Below, piece after piece: positions 57,146-64,000 of a stretch of 64,000 nt of DNA. Source of the stretch: a virus. Both the position numbers and the translations under genes were made by a program. The notes under the pieces are model-generated. The model had not been told where the DNA came from. It made no database searches and saw only the letters and a list, made by a program, of their open reading frames with translations. The DNA lies in IMG/VR virus record IMGVR_UViG_3300001533_000699; one strand, given 5' to 3'. Each line of letters starts with the position of its first letter. Positions within the stretch are counted from its first letter, which is position 1.

Positions 57146-57540
57146 ATCAAAATGAGTTGATTACGCCTGACAGTTCAGGTTTTCATATAGATGATATGGA
57201 CTTCATAAGTCCGACTAAAGACCCATGCTCTAGGGAAAACCCAGATGCGTTTTGGGTTGGATATGGTAAGTTTCGTCAAGGTAAGTGGTATACTGATTTG
57301 CCTCGTGATTCTCACTCTTTGGCTGGATGGTTTTTTGGGTTTACTGAAGGTAAACGATGGAAAAAATGGTGGCAAAGTAAATCTCTATGGCTAGCTACAT
57401 GCGTGGGTTTTACGTCTGTTTTGGCGCAGGTCGATGTCGGTGTAATATCAGATAATCCGCGCATAGTGGCGTTTGCAGCGAGTACTGTCGCTGCTGCGAT
57501 AGCCACTCTGAGATTCGTCACGCACACCACAGTAAAATAA
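57136..57540 (+). CDS. Putative holin-like membrane protein
   Basis: KKWWQSKSLW followed by two TM helices ending LRFVT. Confidence 0.5.
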   Translation: MAMNQNELITPDSSGFHIDDMDFISPTKDPCSRENPDAFWVGYGKFRQGKWYTDLPRDSHSLAGWFFGFTEGKRWKKWWQSKSLWLATCVGFTSVLAQVDVGVISDNPRIVAFAASTVAAAIATLRFVTHTTVK

Positions 57541-57608
57541 TTTGTTAGGTCGGTCTTGACTTTTGGGAATTTTGGTGTAAGATACTAGTAACGAACAACG
57601 CACGTTTT

Positions 57609-57680
57609 TGCACGGTAGCACAATGGTAGTGCACCTGACTGTTAATCAGAGGGTTGCAGGTTCGAATCCTGCCTGTGCAG
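57609..57680 (+). tRNA. tRNA-Asn(GTT)
   Basis: Cloverleaf, loop CTGTTAA. Confidence 0.92.
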
Positions 57681-57718
57681 CTTGGATTTTTTTAGGACAC
57701 TAATCAAGGAACAAATAC

Positions 57719-58030
57719 ATGCAAAAACCAAAAATCATCAAGTTAGTCAGCGGAGAAACAATTGTTGCACAAGTAGAGTTTATGACAAATAAACTACATT
57801 TGACACGACCTTTGTCTCTAATTGCGATGCCGCGCCCAGACCAAAGTGGTAGAATGAATACTGCTATTACCTTGATGGATTTTATACCTGGAGTTAAGGA
57901 CGAAAAAATGGTGTTGAATAAGGATATGGTTATGCTTGTTGTAGAACCTGACGAACAAATCAAAGAGTTGTATAGTAGGTTGACAAATCCAAATCATATT
58001 GAGGTTGCTAAACCAGAATTGATAGTTTAG
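57719..58030 (+). CDS. Sm-like hypothetical protein
   Basis: KIIKLVSGETIVA pattern. Confidence 0.65.
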   Translation: MQKPKIIKLVSGETIVAQVEFMTNKLHLTRPLSLIAMPRPDQSGRMNTAITLMDFIPGVKDEKMVLNKDMVMLVVEPDEQIKELYSRLTNPNHIEVAKPELIV

Positions 58031-58036
58031 TTATTT

Positions 58037-58110
58037 GGGGTAGTGGACTAGTGGTTGATGTCATCACCCTTTCAAGGTGAAGGTCACGGGTTCAAATCCC
58101 GTCTACCCTA
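58037..58110 (+). tRNA. tRNA-Glu(TTC)
   Basis: Loop CTTTCAA. Confidence 0.9.
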
Positions 58111-58112
58111 CT

Positions 58113-58202
58113 GTGTATAAGTCAGATATTGGTTAGCTGAACTTGACTGTGAATCAAGAGGCCGTTAAGGCTGTGCGGGTTCGATTCCCGTTATACACCC
58201 CA
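58113..58202 (+). tRNA. tRNA-His(GTG) with long variable arm
   Basis: CTTGA-CTGTGAA-TCAAG, GCC-GTTAA-GGC V-arm, C73 and encoded CCA. Confidence 0.8.
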
Positions 58203-58209
58203 TATTATT

Positions 58210-58279
58210 AACGGTGTCCTCCTGGGAGAGGCGACGGATTCCAAACCCGTACGATGGCGTTCGACTCGTCACACCGTTG
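58210..58279 (+). tRNA. tRNA-Trp(CCA)
   Basis: AACGGTG/CACCGTT acceptor, loop TTCCAAA, G73. Confidence 0.75.
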
Positions 58280-58288
58280 CTTTATTAA

Positions 58289-58363
58289 CAGTGTGTAGCT
58301 CAGTCTGGCTAGAGCACGTGCCTTGGGAGCACGGGGTCGAACGTTCAAATCGTTTCACACTGA
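58289..58363 (+). tRNA. tRNA-Pro(TGG)
   Basis: Loop CTTGGGA. Confidence 0.9.
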
Positions 58364-58396
58364 CTGTATGGTTAGTATTACTTAGGGGTTCATACT

Positions 58397-58813
58397 ATGA
58401 ATTCGCAGACAGTACGAGACGAATTACTTCAGAGAGCACTATGGTTGGAGTTTCATTGGAAGAATGATGACATTACCATACAAGACGTAGCCGTAGAGCA
58501 TAATTGGTGGAGATATCTAGTAGAAAATCATAAGCGAGATATGAGAATCATAGGCCATTTTCTACTGGATGTTATTGATGATTTGCTTGAGGTAGTAGCT
58601 AAACTAGTTGGTCCTCGTGATATTGTATTTTTCCAAACGACATTACTTGAGGTCATTTCAGGACTATATGATACCATGGTAGAAAAACTCAAAGTGCCAT
58701 GGTGGGTCAAACCCTTTGCAAATAATATTCACAGAATAGTCAAGAGCGTGGTACTGCCACTGATTTTGAATTATCTAGTGCATAAGTTTGTTGCTGGAAA
58801 AATGATAGTATGA
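58397..58813 (+). CDS. Hypothetical protein
   Basis: 138-aa ORF among tRNAs. Confidence 0.6.
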   Translation: MNSQTVRDELLQRALWLEFHWKNDDITIQDVAVEHNWWRYLVENHKRDMRIIGHFLLDVIDDLLEVVAKLVGPRDIVFFQTTLLEVISGLYDTMVEKLKVPWWVKPFANNIHRIVKSVVLPLILNYLVHKFVAGKMIV

Positions 58814-58857
58814 ATGGGTTGACATTCTAAAAATCTATTGTATAATGTTTTAGAGTT

Positions 58858-58940
58858 GGCCGGGTGGCGAAATTGGTAAACGCATCGGTTTTAAGCACCG
58901 ACGCCCTAGCGGCTTGCGGGTTCGACTCCCGCCTCGGCTA
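58858..58940 (+). tRNA. tRNA-Leu(TAA)
   Basis: Loop TTTAAGC, V-arm. Confidence 0.9.
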
Positions 58941-59030
58941 CTGACGAATGCAGTAATGCTTACATATCATTGATTAGATTGACAAACAGCATTACATTTT
59001 TGTCGTCAACTTTTTACTATAGGAAAACAA

Positions 59031-59399
59031 ATGCTGACTGAAATTGCACCAATAGACGTATTTAGTGTTACTACTGGTAAAGTCGTCTATGAAAACGAAA
59101 ATCACAACGCTACTATGTATGCGTTTGATGAAGGCAGGCTCTATAGATATGTCGAGTATCGCAAACTAATTATATACACATGTATACCAACATCAGAAAT
59201 ACTTGAAAAAGCCCAGTATATTCTGAAAATGGCAGCTAAGGATAATCCTAACGTAGTTGATGCGACACATAAGCTATCGATAGATGGAGAAAACATAGTA
59301 TTGGATTTGCGTGACCGCAGCAAGTTTGTGTGCGTCAAACAAGGCAATGTGTGTGGATTGGCAATTTTAGATAGTAGCAAAGTCGGGTCCATCGTCTAG
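59031..59399 (+). CDS. Hypothetical protein
   Basis: AGGA SD; stop lies inside tRNA-Lys. Confidence 0.6.
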   Translation: MLTEIAPIDVFSVTTGKVVYENENHNATMYAFDEGRLYRYVEYRKLIIYTCIPTSEILEKAQYILKMAAKDNPNVVDATHKLSIDGENIVLDLRDRSKFVCVKQGNVCGLAILDSSKVGSIV

Positions 59400-59455
59400 T
59401 GGTAAGACTACAGACTTTTAATCTGTGTACCGGGGTTCGATTCCCCGTGGACCCA
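59385..59455 (+). tRNA. tRNA-Lys(TTT)
   Basis: Loop CTTTTAA. Confidence 0.9.
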
Positions 59456-59461
59456 CTATAT

Positions 59462-59537
59462 GGGGCGTAAGGTAAGCCGGTAGCATCCGCGAATCTTATA
59501 AATTCGTCATAGGCAGGTTCAACTCCTGCACGCCCTA
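59462..59537 (+). tRNA. tRNA-Ile(TAT)
   Basis: CGAAT-CTTATAA-ATTCG. Confidence 0.8.
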
Positions 59538-59573
59538 CTCTGTATTACACTGTCGAGTATTAGTAATAGAACA

Positions 59574-60188
59574 ATGGTTTCAGTAATAGTGCCATATACA
59601 CCGCTCACACCATCTAGAGAGCGCGCTTGGATATACACGCAAAAAAAAATTCATCAAATACTACCGGATTGTGAATTAATTGTTGCCGACATATCTGGCA
59701 ATATAAGAACATACAATAAAGCTCAAGCTATCATAGATGCTACTAAAAAAGTCACGCATGAAGTTGTTGTTGTACACGATGCTGACTGTTGGTGTAAGGC
59801 ATTACCAGCGGCTATACAAGCCATAGAAACCAACCAGTGTATGGTTGCCATACCGCATAAAGCTATCAATAATCTTAATGAGGTTTCTACTCATTGTTTA
59901 TATAATAATCTACCATGTACACATAAATACAAAACACGTGGTATTACTAAGTGTGGTTTGATAGTAGTAATGCATCGTGATGTTCTACAAGAGTTTCCAC
60001 CAGATATACGTTTTGTGGGGTGGGGACACGAGGACCATGCCTGGAGCTATATGATAGGGTCTAAGTATGAATTTTGGCTAGGCAATGGCGTTGCTTGGCA
60101 TTTATGGCATGATAGAGCGAATAAAGAGGTTGTAAATGCAAACAACAGTCAGCTTCTTCAAGCATATAAAAAAATGTACGGACCTTAA
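59574..60188 (+). CDS. Glycosyltransferase (GT2/GT7-like)
   Basis: SVIVPY, HDAD, F.GWG.ED and HLWH motifs. Confidence 0.85.
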   Translation: MVSVIVPYTPLTPSRERAWIYTQKKIHQILPDCELIVADISGNIRTYNKAQAIIDATKKVTHEVVVVHDADCWCKALPAAIQAIETNQCMVAIPHKAINNLNEVSTHCLYNNLPCTHKYKTRGITKCGLIVVMHRDVLQEFPPDIRFVGWGHEDHAWSYMIGSKYEFWLGNGVAWHLWHDRANKEVVNANNSQLLQAYKKMYGP

Positions 60189-60209
60189 CAAAATTAGTTA
60201 GGAAAAGCT

Positions 60210-60650
60210 ATGATAGTATATCTAGCATTTGATGGTGGTGGTAATGCACAAATTACACCATGTTATGCCTATACGTTGAAGATGGATGATAAGGTTGTAG
60301 GTCAAGGATATGGCGTATGTCATGATGAAAAACCAACTAGCAATGTTGCTGAATGGTCAGGATTATGGCATGGCCTTATGGCGGTTTGGCCACATATAAT
60401 AACACAGAGTAGATATTCAGACATAAAAGGTTTAGTATTATGCGGAGATAGTCAATTGGTGTTGAATCAACTGACCGGTGCTTACGGTATAACAAAACCA
60501 CATCTACAATTTTATCATGCTAAGTGCGTAGCGTTAGTCGAAAGAATTAAGCAGGAAGGTGTGCCTGTCACAATTAAATGGGCGGGTCGCGATACTAATA
60601 AGGTCGCGGATAAACTCACACACACAGCCAGAAGCATATACAAGGGTTAA
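60210..60650 (+). CDS. rnhA: Ribonuclease HI
   Basis: FDGG, TSNVAEW, GDSQLV.NQ and R..N..ADKL motifs. Confidence 0.88.
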   Translation: MIVYLAFDGGGNAQITPCYAYTLKMDDKVVGQGYGVCHDEKPTSNVAEWSGLWHGLMAVWPHIITQSRYSDIKGLVLCGDSQLVLNQLTGAYGITKPHLQFYHAKCVALVERIKQEGVPVTIKWAGRDTNKVADKLTHTARSIYKG

Positions 60651-60661
60651 AGCCAACATAT

Positions 60662-60745
60662 GGCGATGTGGCGAAATTGGTAAACGCACCACGCTTAGAA
60701 CGTGGCGGACGAAAGTCCTTGCAGGTTCGAATCCTGTCATCGCTA
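60662..60745 (+). tRNA. tRNA-Leu(TAG)
   Basis: Loop CTTAGAA, V-arm. Confidence 0.92.
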
Positions 60746-60875
60746 CTTACTATAACTAAACCAAAATGAAAAACAATGTTAAGTAACTATAAACATATAC
60801 GTATATTAGTGTCTTTACTCAAACAATATAACGAGAGAAGTTTATACAGGAGATTTAAGTGCGACATACATCGAT

Positions 60876-61196
60876 GTGATGATACACGCCAACGACATAA
60901 TGAATATAATACAACGTATGATAAACGCCAAATTTGTTTTGACTAACAGTCTACATTGCCTAATATTGTGTATAGCTTATAAGGTGCCATGCGCTGTAAT
61001 TATACGTGAAAATGAGAAATTAAACATGCCGGATAAATGGTTAGATGTATTTTCTACACTCAACACGGATTTTGTTACTGTTAAATCTATGACAGAAGGA
61101 CAGCAATGGTGGAAAAAACACGGACAATATATTCGACCACCCAAAGATGTCGAATGCGCCTACGAACTAAGTAAAAATTTAGCGGCTGTGGTGTAG
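60876..61196 (+). pseudogene. Polysaccharide pyruvyltransferase-like C-terminal fragment
   Basis: I..AKFVLTNSLH.LI...AY.VP...KW.D; N-terminal part absent (in-frame stop shortly upstream). Confidence 0.5.
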
Positions 61197-61252
61197 AGGT
61201 AGCACGTTAGCTTGCCAAGCTGGAGGTGGCAGTTCAAGTCTGCTCAGTCGCA
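61182..61252 (+). tRNA. tRNA-Gly(GCC)
   Basis: Loop TTGCCAA. Confidence 0.88.
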
Positions 61253-61406
61253 CTTGACATTTGAAAAAATTGTGTTATGACAATAGCATACAACGAGGCA
61301 CCTTTCCTGCTTATGTTTGGAGTAAAACAATGACACGCAACACCTTATCCAATAGATGTAGTAATATGTATTAGTTTACAAATTAACTATCTCTATGGGG
61401 TATAAC

Positions 61407-61955
61407 ATGAAGAATAAGACTAAGCACCAAAAGTTTTATCGATGCCCACGTACAACACAAGAGCGTCGTATTAACGGTAAGCGTAGTGAATATGGCAGAG
61501 CAAAACGAAATCAATCAAATTTAGTTAATGCTTATTATGATAAGCCTACTTGCGTACAAAAGACCTGGAAAGTCAAACGTAAGCATCAATATAGAGTAGA
61601 TGGTCGTGGTAAAAAATATCAAATCACTATAAATCCTAAAGGGTTACTTAGTGATTGGTTATTGAAACAATGGTTTGATGAGCACGATATTCCGTGTCGT
61701 TTAATACCAATATACAAATTACTGCGTAGTAAGCCACATAAACAGCGTATTAAGTATGTAGAAAGATACATAGAAAAGTATATCACGCATTATGATGGAA
61801 CTGTAGAACATTATCAGCATCCAGTACATGGATATAAATACATTCAACCAAGAGAATATGTGTATAGACATCTTATTGGATATCAACTAACTTGGTGGTG
61901 TCATAAGGACATAGATATTGATAACCTACTACGTTCATTGAGTTTGGAGGTCTAG
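61407..61955 (+). CDS. Basic hypothetical protein
   Basis: R.PRTTQERR...R..NL.NAY.D......WK..RK.QY; stop lies inside tRNA-Phe. Confidence 0.65.
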   Translation: MKNKTKHQKFYRCPRTTQERRINGKRSEYGRAKRNQSNLVNAYYDKPTCVQKTWKVKRKHQYRVDGRGKKYQITINPKGLLSDWLLKQWFDEHDIPCRLIPIYKLLRSKPHKQRIKYVERYIEKYITHYDGTVEHYQHPVHGYKYIQPREYVYRHLIGYQLTWWCHKDIDIDNLLRSLSLEV

Positions 61956-62022
61956 TGTATGCTGGTGTGCACGGCGGCTTGAAGTACCGCAGGTCTTGAG
62001 GGTTCGATTCCCTGGGCCTCCA
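61946..62022 (+). tRNA. tRNA-Phe(GAA)
   Basis: Loop TTGAAGT; slightly irregular stems. Confidence 0.75.
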
Positions 62023-62067
62023 CTTGACAATTGTAAAGATTGTGCTATAATCAAAATAGAAGTACAA

Positions 62068-62142
62068 CCTCCGTTGGTCCAGTCTGGAGTGGACGCTGCC
62101 CTGTCAAGGCAGAGAGCATGGGTTCAAATCCCATACGGGGGG
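62068..62142 (+). tRNA. tRNA-Asp(GTC)
   Basis: Loop CTGTCAA. Confidence 0.9.
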
Positions 62143-62146
62143 CTTT

Positions 62147-62276
62147 GGTGAATGATGTAAGACATACATGCATTGTAAGCCGTATGTGTAGGTTCAAGTC
62201 CTACTCTCACCGCTTTATGGTGAGATAGCTTAATTGGACAGAGCGACGAAAATTAGTCTTGCTAATTAGTCACCAA
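62147..62276 (+). pseudogene. Two degenerate tRNA-like elements
   Basis: 62147-62212 keeps a T-arm and GGTGA/TCACC acceptor without a D-arm; 62219-62276 keeps a 5' half and TCACCA end without a T-arm. Confidence 0.5.
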
Positions 62277-62279
62277 AAC

Positions 62280-62351
62280 GGGCCTATAGTACAATGGTCA
62301 GTGCATATGGTTTACACCCATAAAATGGGGGTTCGATTCCCTCTAGGCCCA
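62280..62351 (+). tRNA. tRNA-Val(TAC)
   Basis: TATGG-TTTACAC-CCATA. Confidence 0.9.
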
Positions 62352-62536
62352 CTTATGACAATGGTTTCAATGGAGAAACAGTTATGAACGACGCACTATA
62401 TATTCAATTCATTGATGAGCGCATCAAAGATGGTGAACTACTGACTGCTTTATTTCACGTTGGTATAGAGGGTATTTTACAAGAATTTGAATGTTGGTTA
62501 CAATCAAATTTCATACTAACACAGAAATAAACATAA

Positions 62537-63262
62537 ATGAAAACTTCTGCCGTATGTTGTATTAGGAATCGCAATAATATTCTAATGCAAACACTACATT
62601 CATGGTTACAACAGACAAAACCATTCGATGAAATAGTGTTAGTACAGTGGGGCGGCAAAGAACAGATACAAGATATAGTTAATGACATAGATACCCGAAT
62701 ACCGATAGCAGTATATGAAGTATTAGACGCTGATAGGTGGATATTAACACATGCATATAATCTGGCTATAAGTTTGTCTAAATATCCAGCTATATATAAA
62801 CTTGATGCAGACTATATGTTGCATCCAAGTTTTACTACACAATACCAAATCGATTACCGACCAAGGTTCTTTGCTGGTAATTGGAGAATGTATCCATCGT
62901 GTAATCAAAACACACGTAATATTAATGGGTGCGTTGTAATAAATCAACAGCTATTTTGGAATGTTGGTGGCTATAATGAACACATAGTAGATTATGGATA
63001 TGATGACAACGACTTGTATGAGCGCCTACAGGCTGCTGGATATTTACGGCTTAACATTAGTTACGGCTTAATCCAACATATACCTCATGATGATACGATA
63101 CGTGCATGTAAACACTCTAACTTACGAGGGCAAATGATTCAACAAAACCAAAAGATAGCTCATTCGCAACGATGGTCAAAAATTAATCAGTGTAGTAGAT
63201 GGTGCGTGAAGCATGTCAGTAATAACCACTATATCGTACGTAAAGTAATAAATGGAAATTAG
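62537..63262 (+). CDS. Glycosyltransferase (GT2/GT7C-like)
   Basis: KLDAD, VGGYNE...YGYDD.DL..RL and HIPH motifs. Confidence 0.85.
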   Translation: MKTSAVCCIRNRNNILMQTLHSWLQQTKPFDEIVLVQWGGKEQIQDIVNDIDTRIPIAVYEVLDADRWILTHAYNLAISLSKYPAIYKLDADYMLHPSFTTQYQIDYRPRFFAGNWRMYPSCNQNTRNINGCVVINQQLFWNVGGYNEHIVDYGYDDNDLYERLQAAGYLRLNISYGLIQHIPHDDTIRACKHSNLRGQMIQQNQKIAHSQRWSKINQCSRWCVKHVSNNHYIVRKVINGN

Positions 63263-63464
63263 CAGGGGATGTGTGTTGGTGAGTGAACTTGGGCAGCTAT
63301 TTGTAGCCATGCATCGCACTCGCATAAATAATAACAACGGATGGAGTGGCATAGGGTTTAATGGTGAGAGTATTGTGTCTCAAAACCCTGAATTTGTATC
63401 TAAGTCTATAAATGTGTATATTAACCAAACATATAGCGATGTTGCAGACGGTTCTGCCGCGTGA
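63252..63464 (+). CDS. Hypothetical protein
   Basis: Overlapping start; W.GIGF.G....S.NP; stop lies inside tRNA-Gln. Confidence 0.55.
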   Translation: MEISRGCVLVSELGQLFVAMHRTRINNNNGWSGIGFNGESIVSQNPEFVSKSINVYINQTYSDVADGSAA

Positions 63465-63506
63465 CTTTGAATCACGTTGTTTAGGGTTCAACTCCTTACG
63501 TCGCTG
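63435..63506 (+). tRNA. tRNA-Gln(TTG)
   Basis: CGTGA-CTTTGAA-TCACG. Confidence 0.85.
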
Positions 63507-63509
63507 CTT

Positions 63510-63578
63510 GCCGACGTAGAGTGGTCTCAACTACACATTGGTAATGTGGGGTTCCCGATTCGATTTCGGGCGTTGGCT
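63510..63578 (+). tRNA. tRNA-Thr(GGT)
   Basis: GCCGACG/CGTTGGC acceptor, loop TTGGTAA, short D-arm. Confidence 0.7.
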
Positions 63579-63620
63579 TTGTATAGTTTTTCAATCACAA
63601 TCAGCTAAGGATGTATAGGA

Positions 63621-64000
63621 ATGAACAAAAATCTTACAGACCTAACCATTATCATGGACCGCAGCGGTTCTATGTTTACCTGCCAACAAGAAGCAGAAAA
63701 TGGACTTAATCATCTAATTGAAGAACAACAAAAAGAGACAGGTGATTGCAACTTCACTCTTGTGCGATTTGATAACGAATACGATATTGTTTACGATGGG
63801 GTGCCAATTAAGGATGTGCAACACGTTAAACTAGACCCGCGTGGTATGACTGCGCTGAACGATGCTGTTGGTAAAACCATCAATACGATTGGAGAAAGAC
63901 TAAGCAAGATGAATGAAGAAGACCGCCCTGGCTTAGTGATGGTGGTTATTGTCACGGACGGTGGAGAGAATGCAAGCCAAGAGTTCACCAGCGATATGGT
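63621..64000 (+). CDS. vWA-domain protein (runs off the window edge)
   Basis: Not in the ORF track: MNKNLTDLTIIMDRSGSM...PRGMTALNDA...VTDGGENAS. Confidence 0.88.
   Translation, partial: MNKNLTDLTIIMDRSGSMFTCQQEAENGLNHLIEEQQKETGDCNFTLVRFDNEYDIVYDGVPIKDVQHVKLDPRGMTALNDAVGKTINTIGERLSKMNEEDRPGLVMVVIVTDGGENASQEFTSDM

Noticed and set aside
60534-62228. Short ORFs such as 60534-60740, 61873-62067 and 62040-62228
   Set aside because: They are translations across tRNA genes.
1-64000. Stop-codon reassignment
   Set aside because: Long conserved genes are intact in the standard code, all three stops end genes, and there is no suppressor tRNA.
1-64000. Integrase, transposase, reverse transcriptase (DGR or retron), rRNA
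   Set aside because: No recognisable motifs in any ORF or intergenic region.

Overview
Segment of a large tailed dsDNA phage genome (Caudoviricetes) read in the standard genetic code. (1) 1-15.0 kb, minus strand: head and packaging operon with a sigma factor, possible small terminase, GDP-mannose 4,6-dehydratase, ERCC4 nuclease, a large terminase with two LAGLIDADG inteins, portal, prohead protease with a nested scaffold start, capsid decoration protein, major capsid protein, an adaptor, and a truncated beta-helix-like protein. (2) About 15.5-33 kb: an early or host-takeover-like region with small orphan genes, many sigma70-type promoters with 16-bp spacers, six sigma54 (-24/-12) sites, modular hairpin repeats, strong G/C-run bias and several promoter/terminator-bounded non-coding RNAs. 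(3) 33-64 kb, mostly plus strand: RNA repair and translation genes (CCA-type nucleotidyltransferase, cREC, RNA ligase, Ro60/TROVE, RlmN-like and SPASM radical SAM enzymes, tmRNA, and 15 of the window's 17 tRNAs), rIIA/rIIB, nucleotide and glycan enzymes, and a membrane/papain-protease cluster. The most notable observations are a sigma54 regulatory architecture interlocked with the early promoters; five CDSs whose stop codons lie inside tRNA or tmRNA genes; radical SAM genes each followed by a protein starting MKIRxGFVSNSSSSSF; and a dispersed 13-mer, ATAAGCAGGGAAG. All calls come from manual motif reading; no database searches were run. A Planctomycetota-like host is only an inference.
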